Source: Vermamoeba vermiformis | Taxonomy: Eukaryota | Assembly (NCBI GenBank): GCA_045837725.1 | Contig: JBEWZL010000083.1 | Location: forward strand, 186,001 to 250,000 | Reading direction: 5' to 3' | DNA length: 64,000 bases | Part shown: piece by piece, positions 24,570 to 39,330 of the stretch | Position numbering within the stretch: position 1 is the stretch's first letter | How the letters are laid out: the number at the start of each line of letters is the position of its first letter | Position numbers and translations under genes: made by a program | The notes under the pieces: generated by a model | Databases searched by the model: none | What the model saw: only the letters and a program-made list of their open reading frames with translations | Told to the model about the DNA's origin: nothing

Positions 24570-26344
24570 TTATTTCTGTGCTGGCAATTCATCAGTCGAG
24601 TTGTCAGTCGAATACTGGTCCGAGAAATCGATGGATCTGCGTCGCGTGCTCATGTTTTCGAGTTCTTTGTTGATGACCACACCTGCACCCGACGGTTAAC
24701 GACTACTAGTATTATGAATATATATATATTCACATCACTTACTGCGCATGTCCTGCGAGGTCATGTAGTCCATGTCAATTGACTTGCGCGGCTGTTCAAA
24801 GTCCTTGTCGTCGTCTTTGCACTTGCTCTTGTCTAACTCTTCGCTCTTTTTCCTCGCCTTGCGTGCTTTAACGGCGAAGCGAATGTATCTAACGGATAAT
24901 TAGTATTATAGGACGTATATGAATATTATTTTGTACCCGATCGCAACGTAGATCGCAGTTGGCATGACGAGAATGATAATAGCGTAGTAAGCTTCCATAA
25001 ATAAGAAGAAATATAATGTAGGACATATCAACCATACTAAGATGCGTGCTCTAGACAAAAAATGTTAAATTCAAGCTGGATCCAGCGGCAGATTTCATAC
25101 CTCGACTCAATGAACGGTACAGCGTACTTGTACTTCTTGCTGTTCACTAAGAATACTATAACTATATTCTCTATAATGCCTAAGATGATGATAGAATAAC
25201 AAATGAACATGAACGAGTCCGCAATCATTACAGCACCTGTTCGCTTGAGATCAGATCCAGCCCAAAAAAAAAGAATAAAATGGACCTACCAGTGAACGGT
25301 ACATTCATACCGTTGTGAAAGTACACTTGCGCGACGAGGTTAGAGTTTAGTATGCCTAGTCTGCCAATGACATTGGTGACAGGAATGCTGAACGAGATGA
25401 GCGCGGAGACCATGATGAATGAGGGCGGCAAGAACGATTTGACCGCGAGAGGTGTCGGACGCGTGATGTTGAACATGAATGTGAACTGACTGAATGTGCG
25501 TTGCTCAGCGGGGTAGTAGAACGGACGCACTGTAGTGTTCCAAGTAGAACTTGTAAAGTCCCAGCCACGCAGTCTGATCTGCGGTGATACGCCACTGTGT
25601 AGCATGAGATTAGTACGTGCCCTTAAATACAATTGTTACATTATACTGGTTACCTCAAATCGTCCATTGCATAATAAACCTGCTCGTTCACATCGTACAA
25701 TTCGGATTCAATGACCAGAGCTACCGTAATACTGATTAATACCTTGCTACATACCAATGAAAGATATATATATTCATATGTACTTACGAATAGTCTGCAA
25801 GTCGACTGGATAGCTCGCTGTTTGCGGCGCAAAGCTGACTGTCGCTTGGATGCGATAAGCGTTCGACTGCGTGGTAATTTTCGAGTTCCTATTCGTGTTT
25901 CCTAGTCTCAATGTGTCGTTGAACCATGGTGAACCATCTGTGCGACGAAAATAGGCAAGGACGTCAATATTAGCTATGCCTGCGTTGAGATCTATCGTGT
26001 CCAAATTGAGTAATTCAATAGCGACGCCAATTTGTCGTTGTGCGTGCACCATAACACTCTAATAATACATAATTAATAAATAATGCTTTACAGAATTAAA
26101 AGAATATTGCAGTCGGTTAATAAATTAATTATTATTTCCGAAATTGACAGAACAACTAAAGAAATTGCCACTAACCAACTAGCACACGCAAACATATATT
26201 ATTTTAGTGAGTCAATAAATGTGTTTTCAGTAGGATCCGAGTGACAATGAATTTCAAATCTCGTTTCGCGATCAAGTTATGCACCAAATATGAACCTACC
26301 AAGCAAGCAATGGTCAATATCAGCGTCAGTAAAGTGCGTCTCAT
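24570..26344 (-). CDS. Cys-less (Pro-loop) pentameric ligand-gated ion channel subunit, copy B (tandem paralog)
   Basis: Signal peptide MRRTLLTLILTIACL/SVMVHA; Pro-loop YPVDLQ; M1 identical to copy A; M2 RLGILNSNLVAQVYFH; M3 ADSFMFICY; several shared intron positions. Confidence 0.85.
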
Positions 26345-26730
26345 TGTGGAGACTTCAATGGAGCAGGATCCTGCCTGCGCAGCTGTGGTGTTACAATTTT
26401 CAAAAAATATTCGACTAAACAACACGGACGTTGCTAATTAACGCTCAATCCGAGTAATTGTAATGCACGGAGGCAATCTTAAGTGAATATGAGGTAATAC
26501 ACGAGGGATGTGACGAGAAATAAGTTATCGTAGGCGCATCCTCGCTTACTTCGAACGCCAGCCAATAAGTTACCTACTTTTGGTCAGTCCTACATCTCAG
26601 ATCGCGTGTTGATAGTGTCGCTCAGTTGTGGTCTCAATATTGAGCACGAATCTCGTTTGCCCGCCAATTTAAAACGGCTCTAAACGCCTGACGAGCTCAA
26701 ATTCAACTGCGGCCAAAGGATTACACCACA

Positions 26731-27889
<1,159 letters not shown>

Positions 27890-28214
27890 ATGCGTATGTC
27901 AACTTGTCTATTTGTTTATTATAGAGGCTAAGCTGGTACCCTCTTAATTGTATATTACACGCCTACCTTAGCTCTTTTTTTTGCCTGCACTTCGCACGAA
28001 TTGTAAATACCCTCGTTGGAATAAATTGTACCTAATTCTTTGCCTAAACGTATTTCTAAATACGGATTAAAAAACATCGAGCCTCAGTTTGTTGTTCTTT
28101 AATCTTGTTGTTGATATTTGCCGGACATTGTGTACATCCGTTTTGACATGTCGGTCAATTTGTTATAAGGGCTTTATTCACAAATTAATAAGAGTTGTAT
28201 TAATACATTACAGC

Positions 28215-30283
28215 TCAACTCTGCAGCAGGGCCTGTAACTTGTCTACAGTGTCTAATTTGACTTGCTTGAACTCGTTGGTCATCGTCTCTAAGATGCTCA
28301 CATTCTCGTGGATCAGTCCTTCAGCGAGTTTCAACACATCGACGAGTGGTTCGACCTCACGCGGGGACACAATCTTTTTGACGACTTTGCGGGTGGTGAT
28401 CGAGGTCTTTTTGAGCTGCGAATGTAACCAGTGCATGTACACCGTCAGGTCACTGCACGAGAGGAGATTAGTAAGAGTGTATTAATAGTGATTAGTACAG
28501 TAGGAGTCGTACTTGTTTTGTCGCTTGAGCTCTGCGATTTGTTCCTCGAGATCCACTTTAATTGCAATAAGGCGATGCACTTCAGCAATGGCGTCATCGA
28601 GTTTAGTATTCAAATCAGGGTCTTGAGGGGACACATCTTTGAGCCAATTAAACAACTCCGCTGCTTTTTGATTTGCTTCTCGCAATTGAGCTTCGAGTGC
28701 ATCCACCTGAGAATGAATTCGGTAAACAACTGCGTGGTTATTTGCCATTAATACGATAATGAATATACCTTTCTATTGAGCTCCTCGTTCAATATTTCGT
28801 AGCTCTGCAATTCAGCCTGCAGACTATTGTGAGTTTGCGGCGTCTGATCTTTGATCGATATTTGCAGTTCAATAATCTTCTTGGAATAGCTGTTAGCCTT
28901 CTTGTTCAGCTCTTGAATGGTGACTTGCGTCTCTTTTTGGTTCTTCAATAAATAGGCAATTTCATGCGAGTATTTGTTCGTGATCATTTCGTTCTGTTGT
29001 TGGGCCTCTAATACTATTTTTTCTTTCTGCGCCAATAACGTCTCTAATTGCGCCTTTTCTTCTCTATTGTTATAATCGATTAGATTTGAAAAATCCAAAA
29101 TGACACGCATTTCCATATTAGGAAAATTAAAGAAAATTCAAAGTCGTTACGTACTCTAATTTCTGAATAGCCTCTTCATCGCGCACTGTAATTGTTCCTT
29201 GTAAATCTAACTATAAAGAGTGCATATTAATATTATCAAAATTAAAGTACACGATCTGATCCACTTACGTTCTTAAAGTATGACAGTAATAGCATTGTAA
29301 GCCGTTCGTTATTTACTTTATTCTTCGTATAGTCATCGACAGTTATTAGTGTTGGTATGCCGAATTTTTTGAGTGCAATTGTGTTAATTAATCGGAACAG
29401 ATCCGCGGGGTGTAACTAGCGGTAAATTAATTAACAGAACCAGCGCTAGTTAAGACTTACATTGTTAAGAGCTGGTAGTTCCAATGATGGGCCTACTAGA
29501 TGTTTAATCAAGACTGCCGTTGTCACTCCTGATTTCCAGCTGAAATATCAATAATTAAAATCGTCCTCGGGTTATAAAGGGCTTATCGATATTATTATGA
29601 TATTATCAATGGTAACATTACTACGGTTACATTATTAACGATAATTGGACGCGTCGGTTAAAATATCTGTACCTGTCGCCAAAGTCAACCGGTAATTCAA
29701 CTTCTTTGTTGGTGGCTAGAATATTACGGACCCATACTAATAATACAAATCTATCTATTTTTTGAAAATGTGCAATCAAGTTCCACAGAAATTCAGAGAT
29801 CAAGTCGAAGTTTTTCCATTCCAACAAGTCTAACGTAAATGTTAATAATTATGCTTATATGATATCAGTGCATACCTTCTGGAGCTATTGGGGCTTTAAT
29901 ATTCAATTTTGAACGTATATGCAAGAGTAATTTATTTATCCGCGTGAGAGATCTGACGGTTTCGTTGTTGCTCTCGGTGGGACGTTCAATATTAAATGGC
30001 AATTTACTATCTGATAATTGTTCGACTATTTTGCATAATATTCGGCCATCAGACAGCTCTTGTAACGAATTGATATCGTTATTTTGTGTTCTGAGCCACC
30101 GAAGCAAGACTGCCTGTGAAATAGGAATAATTAATTATGATAGTTAGAATAATTATCGACGGCACTATATTTCATCCAAGTAGATGTGTGAAGTATCTTG
30201 GAGATCGCGGTCTTCATTATCGATAATTTCCTCCTAAACAGTTTGCTTACCTCGAAGCCAGGTTGTGGTGGAGCAGCAGCCAT
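28215..30283 (-). CDS. Tandem calponin-homology (actin-binding) + coiled-coil protein
   Basis: CH1: LLRWL..LQELSDGRILCKIVEQLS..LLEWKNFDLISEFLWNLI. CH2-like: LVWV..DFGDSWKSG. Heptad-rich C-terminal exons. Confidence 0.65.
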
Positions 30284-30657
30284 GGTGTTGCAAATTATGC
30301 GTGCTTGACAAGTGTTGCACTCGAGGCAATAAATAAATTTTAACACCGATCCAATTCAGCTGTTGTAATCACTCCAACACTACAGGCACAACATAATATC
30401 AAATTTATTCCGTGTATTCTACAGATCTGCTACCTACAAGTGTTTGAGTCATTAGCCGTTTCAAAACCGATCCAACAAAACCGTGGCGCCACGTATTTGA
30501 ATAATTTGCTCGCGTGCCTACTGAGTATCTAAATAAATATCTGATGACGAATAATATCAACGACGGATTTGTGAACGATTCAATCGACATTTTGACGTTC
30601 TTGGTTCGTTTTTAAAATTATAACTTGTAAACAAAAGAGCAACACAAAATGACCTAA

Positions 30658-33600
30658 ATGGACCCGTACGATATCGCCACGCCTAATAAGCCATATTATG
30701 GCATGAGTATTGGGCCATATTATGCTGATGAAGACGACAAAGATGACGAAGATCTGTCAATTCCAGAGATCAAGGACATTTCACCGCCAAAACAGCCCAC
30801 AAATTTATTAGCACCTATATTACACATGCCTATTCAGACATTGACGCAGAGTAATGTAGGCACGGTTCGTTCTCACACTCCGCCGCCACAGAACCACATC
30901 TCGATCAGCGACAAAACTAATTTTCAATTGCTGCAAGATGAATTTAAAAATTTATTGCAACAAACTCAGCAATTAGTAGGATTAATATTAGGCAACGAGA
31001 CGACCGTAAATAATAATAACACTCCACGGACGAGCAGTATTTCAGATCTTTCAAAATCTATTAGCCAGCTCTCAATACGAGGCTATAGCGAGTATATATT
31101 GGACAACGATGATTTAGCCCGTGCAAAAGAGAAGGATCAGAGTGCACCGCCCAGTCCTGCACTTCACAAACTGAAAATGGTGGATGTACCCGTGCAAGTA
31201 AAGCAGCAAGCTTCAGAATTGGCAGAGCAATTGGAAGAGATTAAGAAGAGGACCGAGAACTTGCAAGAAGATCAAGCGCGAGGTGAAAGCATTGACTGGA
31301 ACAAGAGTTTTCAAGAAGTGCTGCGCTTACCGGACTATGATCCGCAACAAAGACTATTCAAATTCGATAAAATTAGAGAGATCGCAAGGAATTTTGAACG
31401 GACAGGTAATTTTAATATTTTTTAACGAGTTTGCAAGTCCAGAAAATAATTTCGACGTCGATCGGCATTTTATTAATCGGCGTTGATACAGCTGAAATGT
31501 TTGGCAAGATTATTATCTCTGAAATATTCGTGCCTAAAAAATACAAGACAATCAAGCCTGTCACTGGCCTTGGAGGCTATGCTGGAGGTACGTTGAAAAA
31601 AACAGAATTCTGTTTTAATTGCAAGGACTAATACCCATTCCTTTTAATATTAGGCGAGAAATATATATACAACGGCATCTTATTTAAATTCGCAATCGAT
31701 TGGAAAGGTAATTCTAGAAGCAGATCCGGACTGGGAAAACTCACTTTGCTATTTTTAGACATATATGGCAGTGATGAATTTGCAATGAAAGCAGCGGGCC
31801 ATGAACTCAAAGTGAGTGACATTATAATTATAATATTGATATGACTGGTATTTAACGTCAATTTTACGGCAGGGCTTAATGCAAGTGTTTACGAGCAACG
31901 TAACGGGCATTAGCGTGCCTTTAATGACTTTGGTATGATTATAATTATTACTATATGCTAGTTCAGTGGTTATAACATTGATCTACATGCGGAATATTTC
32001 AAATAGCTCGAATAGTTAGAAAGTTTTCGTTCGTGGATCAAGTTGTTGAATTTCAAGCCTTACAAAATGCTGTGAAATGCGGCCTAATATCCTAATATTA
32101 ATATAGATCGATTATTTGGGCTTCAGACTGGTCGCTGAGAGTATTTTGCCGATCAATCGTACCACTATCGTCTATGGCTCAGCAGATGCAGGAATGTACG
32201 TCGAGATGTTACATTCTAATAGTAATCGAAACTATATACTGATACAATGCCATATAGTACTGTCCATGCATCGCGTCCGGAAGTGAATGAACGAATGAAA
32301 CAGCTCGGAGACAAGCTGCATCTGGCTGGTCACGTTGTTGGCCGCAACAAAACCAATACGCACTTGCTGCACACTGCTGGTGACATGGGCACGTGTTCTT
32401 GATGACATTTCCTTATTTGGCAGTATTCTAACTTACTTATTCAAATAGAGGGTCATTTAGGCTACGATGGTGAATTTTATCTCGTGGGCAAGTAGCGCAT
32501 CTATATGAATAGTATTGGCTTAATATTAACACTGTGGTCCTACATAGATTTTGCACGATTGATGCCACCCACACCACCCGTTAGAAAGTGAGTTTGAACC
32601 ACGTTTCATATTATTAGCTGAATACTAATTGACATTTCCATATTTAGTAATCGCACGAGTTATCTGTATCAACTCTTTAGACCTGAATTCGTGAAGAGTT
32701 ACAAGGTGCATTTGTGTTCAGGTGTGTCCACTAAGGATGTTATTATTGCATCCCCAAGACTAACAACTATAATCCCGCCACAATAGACTCGTTCTCCAAG
32801 CTCGACGAACACGATCCAGACAAAGCACGGCACGAGAAACAGCTGCGTGATGCATTCAAGTTCATGGTTGAAAAATTAATCCCGGAATTTGTGCGCAGAT
32901 TAGGCACGTGATAAGCAAATCAAAACATATACTAGATGCAGTATTAATATTTATTCTAGACTCAAAGTTCTGCAAACACAATGACGGTGATTTGGTCGAT
33001 TTGGTGCATCAAAACGGCATCAATTTGCGGTAAGAAAAATACACTTATAAATATATGACACGTGTCAATAACACATACGACAGCTACTTGTCAATCGTAC
33101 GAGCACTGTCGCAGAACTCTTATTTGAAGATGCAACTCTTGCTCGAAATGTGCGCACGAACGATCAAATGTAAATTGTTGGAAGAATTGCGCAAGACTAA
33201 GAAAAAGAAAAGGTACGGGAACGATAATACTATTATATAATGGGCGATATTAACATTGAATGATTTACAGAGTATTTGCCTTGGAGCCCTATCACGAGGT
33301 CGTGTTGGATATTTTCAATTTAATTCTCGGCAACAATGACAACTTGGAGAAAGCGTCAGGAATATTTTGGAACAATATTCGGTAATATCAATCAATATTA
33401 ATTATTCGATATTAGTAACTGACAGGGTGCCATTAGTGATCGCATGTCGCGTCAGTTCGAAGGCTTTCCCTCGGACAATTTGTTGCTCGAAGAGATCGAG
33501 TCAGGCAGCGTCGATGTCGCCCTCGCCATCGCACACAATTGTTGCACACATTCAACGGTGAGTGAGACGTACTCGTGGCAGCTGTGGTTCCAATGTTACA

Positions 33601-35334
33601 CGTGTGGCCTCGTGAAGGACGAAGGTGTGTGCGAGGTCTGTGCCTTCAAATGTCACGCCGGACACAATCTCTCTGAAGCACGGCTGTCAATGTTCTTCTG
33701 CGACTGCACGCACCACTGCAAGGCTAAGAACAAAGAGAACAAACTCGTGTCCGTGGACTTGGACCGCGCTGAAAAGAGTCCTGGCAGTCTGTTGCGTGAA
33801 ATATTCCGCGCATTTGGATTCGGCCAATTGTTTGAGCGCATTGAAACATTGGCAGGCATTAAGATTTCAACGCACGCCAAGGCAGAACTCAAAACTAATC
33901 CGAACACGTTTGTGTTTGTCATGCCTGACATTGAAAAGCTCGGTAAGTAGACGATAATCAAATAATGACATGTATTTGACACGTGTCATTTAGTATGTCG
34001 CACCAAGCAGATGACACTCGTGACATTTGCTGAAGCTCACGCGCTGCATTTGCAATCACTGACGCGCACTGGACGCGAAAAAGAACGACTGTTTGAAATG
34101 TCCATTAAGAAGTTTGAGACTTCGATCAACTCCAGCCCTAGGTATACATTTCCTTATTTGGCAATAACGCCGTATCTAATGCAATTGTTACTAGCCACGA
34201 GGTGATGAATGCGTACGCTGATGCGCTAGTTCAGCAAGCATTTGAACGAGATCCAGTGGACTTGAAGCTGCTCAACTCAGCCATTGCGCGCTACAAGAAC
34301 ACGAAGAACATTGACGCACTCAAAGAGATTGTCGTGCGATTGTACAGCAAGCGTGACAAGTTGAGCCATTCAAAGCTGTTCTGCGACGCCATGTCAGACA
34401 TCTTTCAAAAGAGCTGCGACATTATTTCACGACTGTCCAATTACTCCAATCTCAACTTCATTGCCAACTACGGCGAATACCTCACCGAACTAGACTTGCG
34501 CTATGGATTGAGCATTGATGGCGAGATGTTGACTAAACTGGCCCGTGGTTGTACGAGGCTGTGCTCGCTCAAGTTGTCAAGCATCAAGCTGAAAGAGGGT
34601 ACGCTATTAATAGTTCTTATCGTGAATGTAATTTAACCCAATTGTCGCGTAGATTCGAGTATTCGAGAGTTCTTCACCAACTGCACCTCACTGTCTGTCG
34701 TTGAGTTAGCCAAACTGCCCATCACTGGTACGTTTAACAATAACGATACATTCAAAGCCACTAACACGCGTGTTTAACAGATGAAACTGTGGGCTTGATG
34801 GCCCAATACTGCACGAACATTCAGTCGCTGGACTTGTCGGCGTGCGATGAATTGACGAATGAAATCAGCGTGCTCAGCTCACTCAAGAACTTGCGCCTGT
34901 TTGTCATGCGCGACAATCCCAACTTGACAGACATTTCGTTCTTGGCGCATTGCACTAAGCTCGAGCACTTGGACTTGGGCTCGTGCAAGATGTTGAACGA
35001 CGATTCATTTGCAGGCCTCTCCGACAACTGCAAGAAGTTGCGTGACTTGCAATTGGACTATTTGATCTTCGTCACAGATCAGCTCTTGATACCGTTCTTC
35101 AAGCACTGTCGTCTGCGTACTGTCAGCTTGCGCGGCTGTCAACAGATCACTGACGCGTCACTGCGCATATTGTTGGAGCGCGTCGAGCACTTGGAGTACA
35201 TTTGTGTGCGCAATTGTCCGCGCGTCAGTCAGCGCGTCATTCGCAAGTTCATGGCACACGATCACGTGCTTGCGGATGTGCAGTCGAGTGGTGACATAAT
35301 GCCCGAGGACGAGGAGGAATTCATGTTCGAGTAA
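30658..35334 (+). CDS. Clu-domain protein with UBR-type zinc finger and C-terminal AMN1/FBXL-type LRRs
   Basis: Clu-like motifs GGYAGGEKYI..GILFKFAID, AMKAAGHELKGL, GDMEGH.GYDG.FYLVDFARLMPP and HQNGINLRYL. UBR box CTH..CYTC..VCEVCAFKCHAGH..FFCDC. Cys-containing LRRs at 34450-35250. Confidence 0.85.
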
Positions 35335-35970
35335 TGGCATCACCAGTTATCTTTGTTTTATAATTCTTGTAAAATAGCATTCGAAATCGAGCATGATCCG
35401 TTCTTTGCTACTCCGCATCTACCTCTGGGAGCACAAACAGCAGACGAAATTATCACGAGGGGATAGTAATGTTTCAGCAGTGGACGATCGACTGCCTGGG
35501 TCGTCGTAAAGCGTGTACTGGATGATTGAGGGTACGCGTGCTTTTAAAATCTCCTCCAAAATTAGGCAAATATTCTTTGAATCACGCACCTAAATTATTC
35601 GCGTCGTATCAACCACGTACACTTTAGCATTGCAATAGTGCCGCATTCAAGTTCAGATCTAAACATTTCTTATTTTTCTACAAATCGATTTCGAGTTGAA
35701 CGTTTGGATAAACTAAATTAAATGTCTGTCACGCCTTGTGTGCGATAATATGGCAAAATTAGGGTTGCCTCACCAAATTTCTTTCTCTTTTCTGGTGGAT
35801 CTCGGCTGCACGGATAATTTTGGGTAATTTCTTGCGGTATTTCATGGCAATCGGCCCAAATCATGCGATGTCTTAAAAATAAATAATATCGAACTAAAAC
35901 TTTCATTTCAATTTAAAAACAACACCTTACCGAACACATCTCTTCAAAAACCTTAAAAAAAATCAACACA

Positions 35971-36379
35971 ATGCGCGCTCTTTTGATCTCTCTCGTGGTC
36001 TTGGCTGCTGTAGCCTTTGCTGCTGCTCAATCTAATAGCAACTTCACTGGTCCTGCTTGCTACTCCCGCTATGTCAATGGTTGCCAACAAGAACTCAACA
36101 CTTGCTTGAGCTGGAACAATCGTCCTGCTTGCAATTGCTACGGCTTGACTATGCAGTAAGTAATGCGATATAAATATTGAATTTTGTAGCGATACTCACC
36201 GAGTTTTCCGCAGATGCCTCTGGAGCTTGGGATGTGCCTCTGAAGACCTCACAAATGCTTGCTATAATGCTTGCGGTACTGGCGATGCTAGCAAAGTTTG
36301 TGTTGTCAACTCTGCTGCTTTCTCTGGTGTCAGCATGGTCGTCGTCTTGGGCGCTGCTCTTTTGGCTCTCTTCCACTAG
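35971..36379 (+). CDS. Small Cys-rich, probably GPI-anchored surface protein (2 exons)
   Basis: Signal peptide MRALLISLVVLAAVAFAAA. Splicing 36156-36213 gives 10 Cys and the C-terminus NSAAFSGVSMVVVLGAALLALFH, typical of a GPI signal. Confidence 0.8.
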
Positions 36380-36478
36380 ATCTGCCATGAATTAACACCC
36401 CTTATTTAATCAAATAATTAATATTTGTAAATAGAGTTATTTCTTATCGTTAGAATTTGAAATAAACTTCTTTCGTAA

Positions 36479-39211
36479 ATGAATGTCTCTCTGTTAGTTT
36501 TGGTCATAATTTTATTTCTGCCAGAACAAAGCAACGCGGATTCAGATTTTTGGCACGCAGTGCATGTTGCAGGAAGGAATAGTGTGAAGTGTTCACTCAG
36601 GTTTTACACGACCGCAGCAGACATCCAACAATGTAAGTTTCCTTCTCGCGTACAGAATTTTTTCGCTACCCAAATTGTACGGTACTATGGTGAAGACTTA
36701 GTAAGGCTATACAAAGACAGAAGCAATCGATCTATATTTACGCTCGCGGATACGTATCTTTGATGTTCTTTCGTAGCTAACATTGCTACTTTTTCACCGA
36801 ATTTCCGGCAGTATTTCGAGCTTGAGGACTTTTGCCAAGCGACAAGGACAGCATTTTGCTATTACCAATCAACTTAAATGTATAGAAGATAAATACGAGT
36901 AATCATGCTCATTACTAACAAATTGAAAAAGCCTACTAATGGCGCGGGATCCGTTATCTTACTTCGCGGTACCTTCTCGCCAATCCATTCTGGTAAATTT
37001 CAGATTACAGTCAGATACCTTAACTTACTTAATATGAAAGGTCACTTGCATGTTTTGGATCTTGCGCGACAATTTATAATTGAAAAGCAATCCCAAAAGT
37101 TGCTTGGAGGTAAAAAATGTTTACGTATGCTTTGTCCATATTCGTGTACTCATAATATATTAGAATACCTTTCCCCAATGCATTACAAATGCGAGATGGA
37201 GAAGTTAGGCGATGACTCGATCCCTACCTATCATCGCCTGAATATGATCAGAGAGGTGTTGCAGCGACAAGACAAGCTCATGTTGTTTGATTGGGAGTGT
37301 CACAGAGACGAGCCTGCTGATACGTAAGCGAATGATTGATAGTTAACTTGCAATGTAAAGACGCGACCGTTTCATAATCTTTGTATGGCACTCTTTATGA
37401 ATGCAATAATGACACTTTGACATATTGACACGTGTCACCAACAGGCTCGAAGTGACTGAAGAATTCAAATCAAGATTGCTGCGCAGTGTCCCTGAGCTCA
37501 GCGAGGACAAGCTGCAATTGTACTACGTTTGTGGCATGGTACGAAGGTGTTTGAAGTTAACTGCGGATCTAATAGCGATTGTACCTAGGACTCACTTCCC
37601 AAAGGTATTTCAGAGGCGTGGTTCAAGAACTACAATCTACTTTGTGTCGTGAATAGAGAGGGCGATGAAAAGCAGTACAATGAATTGAAAGAGCGCTATC
37701 CTGAGCACGTGCACCAGATCAAGGGCGAGACGCGCAATGTGCGGTCAGAAATGATCAGAAAAACATTGAGAGACTCGAAAGAGCTCGAAGAGGACGACAA
37801 GGTGCAAAAAATATTGAAATTTGTGCACTTAGAAGAGGTCGCAAAGTACATTGTCAAACACAATCTGTGGGACAAGGAGGAGAAGGTTGGAGGCAGCTTC
37901 CGTGAATGTTGCAACTAATTGCCTTATTAGGAAAAAGGAGTCGATCACTCAGAGCTGTTCCCGACCATCTTCAAGAACTTTGGGCTGTATAATTTCAAAA
38001 TAGGCAACAACCAATTTTGGGTCGAGAAGGCTATGAGCACGGAGATGGGCAAGCCTAAATTCATCGTGTCCGTGCTCAACAGCGACAAGTTCGAGATGAA
38101 GTATTTCATCGGCAATGTCAGCGTCGATTCAATCTCCGAAGACGAGATCGAGTTCAACATCAACACGCTCAGCAACCTCAGCAAAGTGTTGCACATGAGC
38201 GAGCAAGAAGAAGACACGCTCGAAGAAGAGGCATTGCAGCACAGCGCTGAGGGCGATGAGTTCAGCGGAAAATTAAAAGTGACGATCACACATCACTTGC
38301 GCATTCCCAAAACAGGCAAGTGCACCTACTTCAACGAGCTGTTCCCAGATTATCGCTGGTTCATTCTGCCGTTCTACAACAGCAACTCCGACGACCTCGA
38401 CTTCGCCACCAAGACAAAGTATCTCGCTTACGGCATGGCGAAATTTCACATGGCCTCGTCCCTGGTCAGTGTCTCGCGCACGACCGAGCTCAACATCAAA
38501 GAAATGCGTGACGCGTGTCAAAAACTTGTCAAGTTGAACGACAAGTTTGGCACCATGGCGCAGTGGCTCAATGAATTTGAACAGAGTGCGTTGTTCGACG
38601 AGTGGGAGTACTTGCCTAAAATGTACATTCACAACGACTTTCAGCCCAAGAACATTCTCTTGCACAACAAGAAACAGCTCACCACTGGTAACGGAAAAAA
38701 TTGTAGTATATTTAGAATGGACTTACCTAATTTGGAAATATTCCGTAGTGTTCATCATCGATGCCGAGGGAGGCATCTTTGGTCCACGCATCTTCGATTT
38801 GTATTTCTTGCTGCTGTGGAATGACAAGGCTGAAGGGCTGAACGAAGAGAATTATCCGCGCAGATTCAGCTCGGTGATGCACATCTATCAGAAGCACGCA
38901 CCGACATTGACACCCACTGAGAAGCGTTTGTTGGCCCCTGCACTGGCCATCAAGGCCATCATGACTGCCACGGTATGAATCGGCACGTTATTAATTATGA
39001 ACTGGCACTGTATTTATGTCTTACTATCAATCGACAGGCCGTTGGAAATGAAGCAGTGAATCCAGACTGCGTTGCACCCAAAGAAGTGCTGCAAGAGGTG
39101 TTGAACGGTCACATTAGAGGATTTGACATGTTGACACGTGTCAAAGCAGGTGAGGAATTAGTGCAAATAATTGACTCGAGCTACAAGAAGAAGGATACAA
39201 TCGCCGCTTAA
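36479..39211 (+). CDS. HxGH nucleotidyltransferase (NMNAT/cytidylyltransferase-like) fused to an APH/choline-kinase-like phosphotransferase; 5' end uncertain
   Basis: GTFSPIHSGH, YLSP, HRLNM, DWEC and YVCGMD, then an in-frame splice (~37886-37930) into MAKFH..IHNDFQPKNILL..FIIDAE..GPRIFDL. Confidence 0.75.
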
Positions 39212-39330
39212 TGTCAAGCGAACTATTGCGTTATTTTCAATGATAATTAAATCAACAAAGCGATTTTGAAACGTCGTTAATTTTAACAGTTCTATAATAC
39301 AATTTAGGACTTACTACTACACAAATCACG

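Noticed and set aside
35400-35910. Two short hairpins followed by TTTT (possible ncRNA), or a small minus-strand exon ending CCLCSQR
   Set aside because: No recognisable RNA family boxes, and I could not build a consistent spliced gene model.
36177-36395. ORF-track peptide with hydrophobic LAMLA repeats
   Set aside because: Wrong frame of exon 2 of the GPI-anchored protein; the spliced frame gives a coherent Cys-rich product.
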